Both the position numbers and the translations under genes were made by a program. From Octopus vulgaris (lineage: Eukaryota): a stretch of DNA of 64,000 nt. Shown one piece after another: positions 27,390 through 41,324 of the stretch. The DNA is taken from assembly GCA_951406725.2 (NCBI GenBank), contig OX597814.1, positions 120,280,001 to 120,344,000 of the forward strand, written 5' to 3'. A model generated the notes under the pieces. It was given only the letters and a program-made list of their open reading frames with translations, did no database searches and had not been told where the DNA came from. Numbering within the stretch: the first letter of the stretch is position 1; every line of letters starts with the position of its first letter.

Positions 27390-29114
27390 AATCATAAACT
27401 TACATAAACTTAGATATGTTTCGATAAAAGATTGGTCCAGGCAATGTCTAACTTAATAGCACCACTTGATGTGATTATCTAAATCCTCTCTAAGTCAAGT
27501 TTTGTTTATGGACCATTCAGGTAGTGAGTTTTTGTAGGGTGTGTTGTATCCAATTATGGGTGGCTTATCTGTTATTCCTTGAAGGAATCTATCCAGACTC
27601 CGTTTAAACTTGATGGGATCATTTTTCTCTTCGATCTCTTTCGAGACAATGTTAAATAAGGCAGGACCTGTTGAGGAAAAGAAATTATGTTGCAGTGTAC
27701 ATATATGCTGTGATCCTGAATTGGGCAAGTGACATATAGCCAGTGGTCCCAGTCTTGGATGAACCTTGAAGCTAATGTTCAGATCGTTTGGGCAAAGTTG
27801 GCGGTATATTCTTCACATCGTACAAATTAGGTACCGCTCACGGCGGCGCTGGAGAGAGTAGAGTTTCAAGGCTTTAACGCGATCCCAATAATCGAGAGCA
27901 GCCATGGCTTCAATTCGTTTAGTGTTTGCCATCTGGGGTGGTTCAATCCTCGAAATGTTTTGTCTTGTATGGGGAGACCACAGCGGGCAGCAGTATTCGA
28001 GGTGTGGCCGTACAAAGGAGGAGAAAAGTGGTATGATGATACCTTGTTCTCTGGACCGGAAAGTTCTTAAGATCCAGGAACTCATCCTACGAGCTATATC
28101 GACCTTATTGTTGATGTGGGCACTCCAACTGAGATTGTCATCAACAATTACGCCCAGGTCTCTGATATTGTTAGAGGCGGTGAGCTTTTTCCCTGAAGGA
28201 AAAGGGTATGGCTGTTTTAATGTGAACTTTCTTCCAAAATGCATCAGCTCAAATTTTCCCTCTTTCAGTTGCATTTTGTTCCTGTCTGCCCATTGAATCA
28301 CAGCATATATATCAGACTGGAGTTGAGTTCGGTCTGCTTCTTCATTGATGATTTGCTGGAGCTTAGTGTCATCAGCAAATATTTTCAATTTGCAGTAATG
28401 TACGACACTGGAAAGGTCATTTATATAAATTATAAAAAGGAGCGGGCACGAAACAGTCCCCTGGGGGACACCGCTGGTGACTTTTGCTAGACTTGAGTGG
28501 ACTCCATCGACTGCAACATGTTGTGTTCTATTCACCAGGAAATACTTAATCCAGTGTAGAAGTTTTCCACGGATTCCAACATATGCCAATTTTGAGAGTA
28601 GGATATTATGGTCAACCCTGTCGAACGCTTTACTGAAGTCAAGATAGATGACACCAGATTTCGAACCTGTTCCCAAGGCTTTAAGTATATCTTCAATGTG
28701 GTGTAAGAGTTGTGTTAGACAGCTTCTTCCACAGCGAAAGCCATGCTGATTTGCATTTAGAAGTTTGTGGGTCTCCATGAAGTCAGCTATCCTTGATCTT
28801 GACACTTTTTCAAACACTTTAATGATGTGGGAGGTGAGTGAGATTGGGCGATAGTTGACTGCGAGGGATCTGTTTCTCTGTTTGAAAACTGGGATGACAG
28901 ACTGGGAGAGGAGCTGTTGCGGTATATAACCTGAGTCTAACAAATTTCTCCAGAGGTTGGTCAGAGGGACTTCAAGTTGGTGTCTACATTCCTTCAGAAG
29001 ACTAGCGGGGAATATATAAGGGTCTACAGCAGAATAGTATTTGATCTCATTTATTGCTGCTATGATGTCTGAAGCAGTGAAGGTTATGTCTGAGATTTTA
29101 TGTTGGACAATCCC
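27390..29114 (-). mobile_element. 5'-truncated CR1-group LINE: reverse transcriptase ORF2 fragment plus 3' end
   Basis: 437-aa ORF 27813-29126 with NYRPISLTS, QHGFR, YLDFSKAFDRVDH, SGVPQG, IFADD, IRDLGV, RPHLEYC, SLQRRRER. Continues after a frameshift (NFFSSTGPALFN..FKRSLDRFL). Short tandem tail (aagtttatg) near 27390-27410. Confidence 0.93.
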
Positions 29115-29221
29115 AGCAAAAGTCACCAGCGGTGTCCCCCAGGGGACTGTCTTGGGCCCGCTCCTCTTTATAATTTATATAAACTACCTTTCTAGTGTCG
29201 TACATTACTGCAAAGTGAAAA

Positions 29222-29224
<3 letters not shown>
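29115..29224 (+). repeat. Inverted duplicate of LINE segment 28379-28488
   Basis: 110 bp with 8 mismatches by manual count; encodes AKVTSGVPQGTVLGPLLFIIYIN. Confidence 0.9.
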
Positions 29225-29271
<47 letters not shown>

Positions 29272-29417
29272 TTCCTACTATATACATTATATTATTTTTG
29301 TAATTTACTTAATCTTTACTTTTTAATTGTTATCTTAACTCTTTTCTATTATATATAATTTTCTAGATGGTATAATTTAATTATTTATTTTGATTTGATA
29401 AAAGGTGTTATTGTTTC

Positions 29418-29468
<51 letters not shown>

Positions 29469-29734
29469 ATGTGTTTGTGTGTGTTTATGTATACAAATGA
29501 TAAAGGAATAAGGGATTAGCTTATAAAATTCGTTTGCTTATAGCTGTTTCTGCTATAAGATACAGTGGTCTCATAGTTGGGTGCCTGAGTATTCCCTTGT
29601 CATCTCATTTTCTGATTACCGCTCCATCCTCAACTAACGGTTCGTTCTGAAGCATATTAATATCCAGTTCTACACCAGGTTATTAGCTTCGGAATCCCAA
29701 AGCGATATATATATATATACACACATATATATAT

Positions 29735-29987
29735 AGCTGGAATTGCTGTGCGCTAAGTAGCTTGCTTACCAACTACATGGTTCCGGGTTCAGTCCTACTA
29801 CGTGGCACCTTGGGCAAGTGTCTTCTACTATAGTCTCGGGCTGACCAAAGCCTTGTGAGTGGATTTGGTAGACGGAAACTGAAAGAAGTCCGTCGTATAT
29901 ATGTATATATGTGTGTGTGTTTGTGTGTCTGTGTTTGTCCCTACCCCCCACTCAACATTGCTTGACAACCGATACTGGTGTGTATTC
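29735..29987 (+). mobile_element. SINE family A, 3'-truncated
   Basis: ggttccgggttcagtcc..gtggcaccttgggcaagtgtcttctactatag..gtggatttggtagacggaaactgaaagaag; homologous to 41924 and 60595. Confidence 0.88.
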
Positions 29988-29999
29988 GTGAACGAATAC

Positions 30000-30540
30000 T
30001 CTAAACATATTCCAAACCATTTTAAGTTATGACAACACCATGAGTTAGCCAACATGCTACATTAGAAAGTGGGAACTAGTGACATGCGAGATGTAGTATA
30101 AGCCCAAACCGCAGAGATTTCCCGATCCAAACAGATCAGACACTCGAGCATAACAAGCCCGAAATTATTGTGACGGACAAGGTCAACCACATGTGCCATA
30201 TGACTGATGTTGCGTGCCTCCTTTCATCCACGAATAAGTGAAAAACTAAATATTTACAATCCTCTTAAGTACGAATTTGCCCACTAACAAAAATGAAGAT
30301 AGTGAAGAGACTGCCAGTTATTATTATGACCTTGGAGACAGTATTAGAAAGTATGAAGAGGAATATAAAATAAATCAGAATGGATTGCCTAGTAGATATA
30401 TTATAAGAGGTAACAACTCATCACTTCATCTAGATAGCTGAAAAGAGCAGGTAGCACGGGGCCTTAGGCTGCAGGTAGCAAACCTGCTTCCTTTACAATA
30501 CTTCAGGAATTCTAACAAAATCTAAGTCAAAGGAGTAAAA
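30000..30540 (+). mobile_element. 3' end of an R4/Dong-like RLE LINE (restriction-like endonuclease remnant), followed by (TAA/CAA)n
   Basis: Translation DFPIQTDQTLEHNKPEIIVTDKVNHMCHMTDVAC resembles the R4-clade PD-(D/E)xK endonuclease motif. Confidence 0.75.
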
Positions 30541-30789
30541 TTAATAATAATAATAATGATAATAATAATAACAAAACAACAACAATAACAACAACAACAA
30601 CAACAATAATAATGATAATAACAACAACAGCAACAATAACAACAACAACAACAGCAACAATAATAATAATAATGATAATAATAATAATAATAATAACAAA
30701 AACAACAATAATAACAACAACAACAACGACAATAATAATAATAATAACAACAACAACAACAGCAACAACAACAACAACAATAACAATAC

Positions 30790-30834
<45 letters not shown>

Positions 30835-30852
30835 TAATAATAATAATAATAA
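30541..30852. repeat. Compound (AAT/AAC)n microsatellite
   Basis: Direct reading. Confidence 0.95.
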
Positions 30853-32080
30853 AGCAGAGTATCAAGGTAGAGGATGTAAGATCTGCTCTCAGGAAGTCAA
30901 GCAAATGGAAGTCTCCAGGAAAGGACAACATTCCTAAGTTCTGGTTGAATGCCTTCCCAGAGAGCCATGAATTGCTAACAAAAATTTACAACAATGTTTT
31001 GCAACAATCTAGTGTGATTCCCTCTTGGTATAACATTCCTACTTCCAAAAACAATGAAGAAACAAATGAACCAAAACATAATTGACCCATATAAAACGCT
31101 AACATCTTTTTTGACTGAATATACCTATAGTCAATTAATAGAAAATGATATATTCCCTAATGAGCCAAAAGGATGTAAACGTGGGTCCTATGGTTGTAAA
31201 TTTCAGTTACACATCAATAAGATGATCTTCGAAAATAGTCACAAATAACACAAAAACTTGTCGATAACACGGATAGATTAAAAAAAGGTTTTGATAGTCT
31301 ACCACATAGCTGGATTAAGAAATGTCTGGAAATGTATAAAATAGCACCTACTCAGGGAAACTTTTTGTTGGTAAGATCAAGGAGTACCATACTGACTATG
31401 AACAGTAACAATGAATATATTAATGCTGGAGATGTAAGAATTTCGTGTGGCATTTTCCAGGGTGACTTTCTATAACGAATCCTCCTTTGCCTACCCTTAA
31501 TACATCTCTCGAAATTGCTCAATGATGTAATTACGGTTATACAATATTTGATGAAAATATAAATCCTCTCATTTACATGGATGATTTAAAGAACTTTGCA
31601 AAAAATGACCAACAACAACAAGGCTTACTAGCGATTGTTAAACAATTCAGTGATGACATCAGAATGCAATTTGACCTCGATAAATGTGCAAAGCTACCTT
31701 TATCAAAGGAAAAACTCACAAACATCTAACGTTAACCTTGACTAGCAGACTGTCACGAAGGAGCTAGAACCAGCGGAGAGCTAAAATACCTAGGGGTATT
31801 TGAAGGGGACGGAATCAAACATTCAGTGATGAGGGAAAGGAACGGAAGAGAATGTTATCGCAGGGTAAGAACAATACTCAAGACAGAGCTGAATGCAAGA
31901 AACAGGGTTGAAGTTATCAATACTTTAACCATACCAGTCGTGACTTACAGTTTCAATATCATTAAGTGGTCAATTATTGAAATATGTAATCTTGAGAGAA
32001 AAATACGAATATTGTTGTCAATGCATAGAATGCCCCACCCTACCAAGAAAATAGAGAGGTCGTGGACTTTTATCACTGGA
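30853..32080 (+). mobile_element. Decayed R4/Dong-like LINE RT fragment
   Basis: WKSPGKDNIPKFWL, KGCKRGSYGCKFQLHINKMI, GFDSLPHSW, CGIFQGD, LIYMDDLK, KYLGV, RRVRTILKTELNARNRVEVINTLTIPVVTYSF. Many frameshifts. Confidence 0.88.
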
Positions 32081-32465
32081 ATTAATTTGACAAATTAAAT
32101 TTAGAAAATTCAATTCTATATTTAAACGGTGAGGAATTATGTACGTTATTTACATTGTTTACATTATTTACATTCCACTAGATGAGGACAAACACCCATC
32201 GAATGTAAATAATGTAAATAAAGTAAATAAGGTTAAATTTAGATGTTGAAGTGAATCTAACAGTTTTTGTGGGTTTTTAAATGGCTTATAATCACTTTCC
32301 ACGCTGCAATATTATTATTATTATTATTATTATTAATAATAATAAGAAGAACTGCTTAATTATTATTATTATTATTATTAATAATAATAACAAGAACTGC
32401 TTAATTAATAATATTGTATTTAGATGTAGCCTTATGACTAATCAACGAACAATCGTTCACAATAG

Positions 32466-32573
32466 GTTTTACATCTAATTCCAAACCAAGATAACATAAT
32501 AACGACACCATTCCGAAGTAGAGAGTCTATCTTCCCTTGGCTCGAGGATCTGGCAATTAAAAGGATTAAATTG
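32466..32573 (+). other. Candidate 108-nt phase-0 host exon
   Basis: aatag acceptor, TTG|gtaagt donor, open frame VLHLIPNQDNIITTPFRSRESIFPWLEDLAIKRIKL. Confidence 0.28.
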
Positions 32574-33743
32574 GTAAGTGAATTTACCTATAGTGTTTAA
32601 CTTACCTTGTAGCATTTGTAAATATACTAAGCCTTATATTAGTGATACATCTGGTTCCAATCGCTGTTATTTTGAAGTGCTTGAATCTAAAAATGCTCAA
32701 ATAATATTATCCTAAGTAAATTTGAGGAGACTTGGGAAAATATTCATGTTTTATCCGATGAACTTTCTTATACTTCAAACTTAATTTATAAATTTTCTCA
32801 GTTTGCTAGAAGAAAGATTTCTCTAATCTATTTTCATTCACTTGAGCCTTTATTTATTCCTTTGATTCAAGTTTGATTTAAACAACCTCAGATATTTCTT
32901 GTCAACTCAATATAAAATGTCACCATAGTTTATAATATTAATTGCGCTACATATATTCTCCTCTTAATATTGGTTTTTATTTTTCTCATACGTGATTTTG
33001 AATTACTTTGATCCATTCTTACCACTATGCACAATTTCGAGATTTACGGACCGTGCTTGCATTTTTGGAAATTCCTGTTGGCCTATTGGAACAAGGTAAA
33101 AGGGTCACATAGGGTCAATAGCGAAAAGTAGAGTATCCCCCGTTGTTGACATTGAGTAGCGAGGTCCTTTCCTTTTCCGTTTTCTAGAGAGAGTGCTCGC
33201 TAGGGAGGCCATAAGCCAACACGTTTGGGATCTGATGATACGTTGCAAAACTAAGCGTTTTATGCACGTGAAATCCCATAAACCCATAATCCTATAAACC
33301 AGCCTTATCAAACTTTGTATAATATACTGCTCCATAAATTAGTGTATGCTTCTTTTTCTGAATTATGTTTTAGTGATCATATATATATCTGGGGTAACAT
33401 CCAGATTCCACTCAGGCGTAACCTTCTATAGCCACTCTCTCATTTACATGTGGTAATCCATACATACGTGTTGAAATGCATGATACTAAAGTACATATAT
33501 GCACTCATATATATATATATGGATGTATGTACGTACATAGTTTGATACTATGTACGTATGTGTAGTTGTATGTGTGTGTATGTCTCGTGTGCTGTGTATG
33601 TTAGTGTATAAGCATGTACAAGCATGGCATGCACATATGGGTATGTGTAGATATATGTATGTTTTGTATATGTATATGGGTAAAAAAAGAATAGAATAAA
33701 ATAAAGTAAATTTCAATTTTAACCGCTGTCCTTGAAACTAGTG

Positions 33744-33806
<63 letters not shown>

Positions 33807-33909
33807 TAGAGAGAAAGAGAGAGAGATGGATAAGCGTATATGTGTGTATACTTTACGATTATACGTATATTTGTGAGTGCTTGTAAGTGTCTATATGATT
33901 ATGTGCACT

Positions 33910-33946
<37 letters not shown>

Positions 33947-34041
33947 AATATTAGGGAATAAATCCAAATTTACAGGGAAAAATCAAATTTAGGATTGAAT
34001 CCAATTTTATAGTAAAATATAATATAATATTAATTAGAGAC

Positions 34042-34309
34042 AAAACCACTATTATGCAAATCAAACAAAGAAAGACTTAATCCAATACATAAAAAATTTT
34101 ATATAAATTAAATATATAAATATATTTAGGAGAGTGTGTGGACGTGTCTGTGTGTATCTACATGTGTATGTACATGTGAAGGTATGTTTATATACTGATA
34201 TGTGTCTATTCAAGTTGTATACATGACTGTTACTTTGTTGAAGGTTGTATACACACCCATATATATAAAATTCTTTGTTTGATTTGCATAATAGTGGTTT
34301 TGTCTCTAA

Positions 34310-34341
<32 letters not shown>

Positions 34342-34703
34342 CAGTAAGGTTATGTGTGAATATATGTATCTAAGACGTTGTATCCATTCACCGTTAGACA
34401 GTGGTGAGAGGGACAAACGCGCGCACACACAGACATATATATATATATATGTGTGTGTGTGTCTATTTTACCTATATACATGTATATGGGTGTGTATACA
34501 ACCTTCAACAAAGTAACAGTCATGTATTCAACTTGAATAGACACATATCAGTATATAAACATACCTTCACATGTACATACACATGTAGATACACACAGAC
34601 ACGTCCACACACTCTCCTAAATATATTTATATATTAATTTATATAAAAATTTTTATGTATTGGATTAAGTCTTTCTTTGTTTGATTTGCATAATAGTGGT
34701 TTT
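34042..34703. repeat. Near-perfect 220-bp inverted duplication (34042-34263 vs 34483-34703)
   Basis: About 1 mismatch and 1 indel by eye. A third partial copy of the end segment lies at 34271-34320. Confidence 0.92.
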
Positions 34704-34957
34704 CACATGCATACATAAGTACATACGTACATAATTACATACATACGTACATACATACATGCACACATACATACGTACATATATATCATGAACTAACTAT
34801 TACTCTTTCAGATGCATCACGGAATTTTGTCAGTGAACAGGTCGTGGTCTCAAAGCGACGAAAATATTTTGACAAGTTAAATTTAAATTTTGAAGTGAAT
34901 TTAACGGATTTTCTATGTTCCATAAATGGCTTATAAACACCTTCCATGCTGCAATAA

Positions 34958-34997
<40 letters not shown>

Positions 34998-35112
34998 ATG
35001 TAGGATAAAATTTTTTCGAAGGAAATTTTATCAATGGCCTGCATATGGAAAATATGTCCAATTTCGGCATATTTGGCATTAGAAAATTTTTCGTTTGCCC
35101 TTATTTATAAGT

Positions 35113-35148
<36 letters not shown>

Positions 35149-36067
35149 AAAATGTATTGTTGCAAAGTACATTGTTGATATCTAAACGCCAACAGAAATT
35201 TCTAAAACTGATTTACAACCGGCTCGTGGACATTCATGTGAAATTAAGAAACAATAGTTGGAACGAAATAAATATTTGTGGGATGTTCGAAAGTTAGTAA
35301 TGCATTTTTATTTAATTCCTTTAGTTGTGTATTAGACAAATACATATTAGTTGTATTTTGCAGTTTTCATCCAAATGGAGAAGTACTTGCGAAACTAACA
35401 GTTATGTATGTTGATATGCCATTCATACATGAGACTTTCAAATAATTCTTTGCCGCAGGTTGACACTAAGTGATAAATCTAGCTGCTTGTGAAGCAGAAT
35501 ATTTTCCGATATTTTACCAATCCATAATTATATCTGCAAGCATTATCTTAAAATGATCCTCATTCAAATGTAAACGTGTTATTCCAGAAATAATAAGATT
35601 GGTTTATGCTTTAAGAAGACTCGGAAACCTGCTTTTTACAAGGTGACGGCATTATGATTTCGACCGAGTATAAATGTATTTGTTGAAAAAAAGGAGGAAA
35701 ACGAGAATATTTAAGTTTAGTGTTGAATCGAAAAACATTTCTATTTAAAAGCAAAAGAGGCATATATGAATGACATGACTAACAACTAAACCTAAATGAA
35801 AGCGTTTACAAAAATGCAAATATCAATGCCTCTTCGGCATACGATATTAAAAATCAACTCTAAATTAGGTTTTAAATTACAAGAGCATACTGTATTATGA
35901 ATATCATTTGAGATTTCTAAGGAAGGAATTGCTGTAATTAAAATCAAGATGTTAAATTTCATAATTACCTAATAATTAAATTATTAATGTTACTATATAT
36001 TTAAATATAATTATACTGCCGTAACACAATGAACCCTTTTAATGCTTCAATATAACCAATTTACTGA

Positions 36068-36120
<53 letters not shown>

Positions 36121-37019
36121 TATACAGATATATGTGCGTGTGTGTGTGTGTGTCTGTGTGTGTGTGTGTTCCTAATTAGTATTTTATCACTGGAATGTTT
36201 AAAATTAATCTACTTAAAACACGTATTTTCCTTTAGTTCTTTTCAGTATGGAATGTAGTTTGCGCATATCGCTACATTTTAGAATGCAGTTTACTACCTG
36301 AAAAATCATATCATGGAAACTGGAAGAAATATGTGGAATGGAAATCCATTGGGGGATAAACAAAACTACGCACCTGTTAGAGGCAACGAATGGATAACTA
36401 GCAACTATGTGCCAAAATAAGAATCAAGACAAAAAACAATGAATTAAAGAATGCAGTAAGAGTTGAAGTCCTTTTCTCGGACGATAGTGATTATACTTAT
36501 ATGAATTACAGTATAAGCAAAGAAACTATATAATAATGAGATCGGAATCAATCTAAGGCGACGAATATAAACGACTTCCGCCACATATTTTCTGAAGCGA
36601 TAAGATGCAAGATGGCTTGTTTTATTCACTACGCTTTAACTTCAGATCATGTTATACAGAGCTTCACTAATCTTTCGGGTTCAATAGAGATGCATCTATC
36701 TAAAGCTGAGATATACCATTTTCTCAGAATTTATCTCTGCACCAGTAGTATAAATTTTCAGCCAGTCTGTGCACATGTCACCGGTATTTTCAGATATGGT
36801 TACATGGAACTGATTATGCAGTTCCTTGTTGCATAGTGCTTGTTGCATTATGCCTTTTTTCTACTGCTTAGATTGTCTTTTCCCTTTTTTTTTGCTTTAA
36901 GAACGTAATCATTACTAACAGACATTAGTACGATTTCCTTACTTGTCATTGGCATCGTCATCAACATCCTCTCCCTCCCCTTCATCATCCTTATCATCAT
37001 TATCACTGTTATTATTATT

Positions 37020-37432
37020 GAGTGAGAGATCAGTGCATGGCATCAAAGTGAAACTGGAGTAAAATATACGAAACCCAGTATACTCATCATGACTACTCGT
37101 CTGATACGAGTACACTAGGCACATGCATCAAAACCATACGTACGCGACATAGTGATCTCATATCAAGATAAATAGCACCTGACCTTGCAGGTGGGGCCCA
37201 GTTAGAATGGATGTTGAACGAAACACCCATATTTCCAGAAGTGAATTATTCAAACCCCAAAGAAACTCTCTCAACACATAGCTATGATGCTCCCCACTAC
37301 TTCTGCTTGTGACCAGAGATGCACATATCCTCAGCTACTAAGGGACGTATTCAACTGATTAAGGTCAAACAACTGACAAGCAAATCTGTGGTATTGAGCA
37401 GAATATATACTATAGCTCATCTTTTATACCAA
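37020..37432. repeat. Probable interspersed repeat between trinucleotide microsatellites
   Basis: Higher-complexity block bounded by (TCA/TTA)n and (TTA)n. Recalled as a common octopus repeat, not verified. Confidence 0.35.
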
Positions 37433-37451
37433 TACATTATTATTATATTAC

Positions 37452-37514
<63 letters not shown>

Positions 37515-37569
37515 CATTATTGCCTTTCACAACTGCTTCACCGCTCATGCCATCCTGTCATATCTATTG

Positions 37570-38500
37570 ACTTTCCTTATCGCATAACTTGTTATCAGCT
37601 GGGTATGCTATAACTATGATCCTGCATAGTTTGTTTTCTTTCTAAATTAAGACTAGATGTACCTTCCTGTTCTCTATCTCATGGTCACATTAAATCATAA
37701 AATCTCACAGGATCTTTGCATTATCATTTTCGATAATGCTTTCGGGTTTATGTTCGTACCAATTTTTACTGTTTCAAGTCCAATGGACAAGCCTTGCTAT
37801 ATTTTCGTAGCGTCCCTTATATTCCTTCTGGGCTAGTGGCGTCCATTGAGTGGTAATATGACATACGATTTCACCACTAGTCCACCAATCCTGCACTTAT
37901 TACTTTGTGATGTGTTGTTTATTCTGTATTTTATGTGATTTGTTTTTAGTGCTTGCTTTTGGGCAGCACAGATTACAGCTTCTCTTCCCCGGTTTAAATC
38001 ACTTTTAGTCATCCACAGTCATTTTTTTCTCTGTCAGCCTTATCTTTAACATCCCTATAAAATTGTTCATGCATTCTTTTCTTTTACACACCTATTTTCA
38101 GTTTCATTCCTTCTCAATTGCTTGCAGAGTGCGTTATCTTTGCAATCTTTCATCCTACAAAAGCCTGACCTTCTTAATACTAATAATAGCGGTTCTGTAG
38201 CATTTTTACATGCTATGTTATGCTGCTTTCCTGTGCTCTAATGCGGTATTTCATCCAATAAGTTCTCTTTCTTCTCCTTTTCTTGGTACATACAGTCCGT
38301 CTGTGTCACCTTTTGGGTGGAGTGTCCCGTATCTAGTTAGCAACTTCCTTGTCTTTCTGTCTAAGTTGTTTAGGTCGTCTACTCTCCATGCGATTACCCC
38401 TGCTCCATACCTAAGGAGTGAAACCGCCCTGGTGTTGATAGCTTCAGTCTTATTCTGATCGTTTAATTTCGACTTAAGGATCAGGCTTGCATGGGATTTC
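37570..38500 (-). mobile_element. Decayed R4/Dong-like LINE (RT thumb, CCHC knuckle, start of RLE region)
   Basis: ILKSKLNDQNKTEAINTRAVSLLRYGAGVIAW..LDRKTRKLL..LHPK..LYVPRK; KCRI..EIVCHIT..LAQKEYKGRY. Trinucleotide repeats on both sides. Confidence 0.85.
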
Positions 38501-38509
38501 CGTTTGCCT

Positions 38510-38538
38510 ATCAATATTATTATCATTTTCATTATCCC

Positions 38539-38586
<48 letters not shown>

Positions 38587-38731
38587 TATCATTATTATTA
38601 TCATTATTACTATTATTATTATTGTTAGTGTTGTTGTTGTTGTTGTTGTTGTTGATTTTATTGTTGTTAGCAACAGCAGGATCAGCAACAACAGCAACAT
38701 TAGTAGTAGTGGCAGCAGCAGCAGCAGCATC

Positions 38732-38796
<65 letters not shown>

Positions 38797-38825
38797 AAGT
38801 AGTCAATGAAATTATTATAATATTA
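38510..38825. repeat. Compound (ATC/ATT/GTT/GCA/TAG)n microsatellite
   Basis: Direct reading. Confidence 0.95.
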
Positions 38826-39329
38826 TTATACTTATTCATTCTTCCGATAATCGTCACACCTTCGTTTTTTAGAATACATTTCCTTATTGCGTCCTCTCTT
38901 CTGCTTTTCTAACTTTTAGAGAATCAAATAATAGACTCTCTCTCAGAAAAAAACGGCATTTAATGCTGGTTTTCATCGCATCTATGAAAGCATGAAAATG
39001 GGGTTTATTTCGTTTACGATTTGCAAATCACGGATACCTATCTCCATGCTTCATATTTACTGCATGGAAAGCAAAATTTAAAGAAGGTTTCTGTTTTCAT
39101 ATATTTGTTTTATCCCTTTCAATAGTTAACGTGATCAATGAGCGCTTTGATTCCTATTATCTATAAAGTTTCTTTTGATTCATCGATTTTCCTGAATATT
39201 ATAAAAATCTTCCTTGATATGTAGCAATTCCAGTCTTTGTTGAAAAATGATACTATTCCAAATCGTTGCATATTCAGATTGATAGGCATATTCCTTAAAA
39301 ACACACTCATGTATGAGTATCTAGATATA

Positions 39330-39403
39330 TCCATATATGTATGGATGAATATATGTATGGATATATGTATGCATGTATATATATGTGTATGTGTATATAT
39401 ATA

Positions 39404-39457
<54 letters not shown>

Positions 39458-39576
39458 TATGTGTGTATATTATATATATAAATATATACTTATATATATG
39501 TATATATATACATATATATATATATATACATACATATATAAATATATATGTAAATAAATATGTGTATGTGTATGTA

Positions 39577-39633
<57 letters not shown>

Positions 39634-39740
39634 TTATATATATGGATGCATGTGTATCTAGTTATATATGTGTGTTAATGTCTATATATACAGACATATA
39701 TAAGTATACATATGTGTGTATGTATGTATGTTTGTATATA
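39330..39740. repeat. Long degenerate (TA/TG)n tract
   Basis: Direct reading. Confidence 0.93.
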
Positions 39741-41277
39741 TGTATGGGTCTATGTATATGTGGAGTGTACGTAGGGTTGATATGGTTGAAATTTTCGATA
39801 AGAGATCCGCTCCGTATGTTACCTTTAAACGACTGCACAAAGATATACTCATAAGTCAAAATTATGGTGATTTATCGCTCTACAATCTTGGCAAATACTA
39901 TGAGTAATATGTGATATAGGAATGTTATTAACCATCAATATTCTACAATCTGGCAGCCAATATGCTACAGGATGTGAATTGAATTAAGATATACAGTAAA
40001 TCTCTAAGTCTAAGTGGACTCCTTCTTCAATACTAATATATTTTGATAATAAAACATTAGAAAAATGCGCAGCTTAAGAGAATCGATTCTGTATAAAGCT
40101 ACAATTGAAGTACTTCCAGATTAATCAAATACATACCCTGGAAAATATATAACACAAAGTATGATCTGTCTTCTGTTACCGCCTCTCATTAAAAACTAAC
40201 ATGAAATATCACGTGACTAAACATTCCTAAACTCTTGTTCAGTGAAAACAGATTATTTTCGTATATAGCACTAAATTTACGGGTAATTTCTCTTCTAGTA
40301 CTGGCTACTAATTTATATAAGTACAATTTCAACTGCACAAAATATACCGACCGTCGACATATTCTGAGATTGCTTCATGAGTCACTGAAATTCCACCCAG
40401 TAATTTAGAAAGTAATGGAAACCAAACTTACTTGCTGATTCAACACATGATACATCTACAGTATATTGTTATGTTCTTCAGTTTACAAACAACCTAAAGG
40501 AGAATTTAATCAGGTACTTTCTGGTTATCACACACCCATTAAAACATTGCCATTAACAAATTGGTTTATGTCCTCACTAAAAAGTTAAGTTTATGTGGCA
40601 ACAGTGATTGGATTAAACGGGTTAGATCCATTTGCTTCAATAATCAACACATTGTTGACGTTTGGCCTCCTCAATAGACAAGGTATGATTTATTATAAAA
40701 ATGCTATCAGATTCTTTCAGCTTTCATGTTTAATCTTTTCAGTTGTCTATGATTCGTTTTAAAAATATTATCAGATTCAATAAGATGATCTATCTTTTCA
40801 CTGTTCATGTTGATTTTTAATTTTTTTTTTCTTATTGAAGTTTAAACAATTTATTTAGTTGAAGGAGACGTCCAAAGCTGCTGGTATTTCTTGAAAAACT
40901 GGGAAGATAATGCAATTTTTTAATGGGAGTGAGATAATCAACAACTACCTTTAATCATCGAGGGAGATGATTTCCGATAATGTTCGGGTAACTGTAAGAA
41001 AAATTACGCAAAGCAATGTAACTTTATATATTTAAGCAAGTGTGAAGTTGCAATATAACATTTCTATACAACTACATACAAGCAGTCGAAGAAGTCTGCT
41101 TGCTTAATTCTATGGCAAAGTAGTATAAACTATCGCAAATACACGCACACACACATATCTCTCGAAACCACAATTTTAAGATCATGACTCCCACACGTGC
41201 CTCCACACAAAGTCACACACTCATATATGTACATATATACATATATATGCACATGTATACATACATGCATATGTATG

Positions 41278-41313
<36 letters not shown>

Positions 41314-41324
41314 TGTGTGTCTAT

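Noticed and set aside
27904-28490. Plus-strand ORFs overlapping the LINE
   Set aside because: Antisense shadows of the RT ORF.
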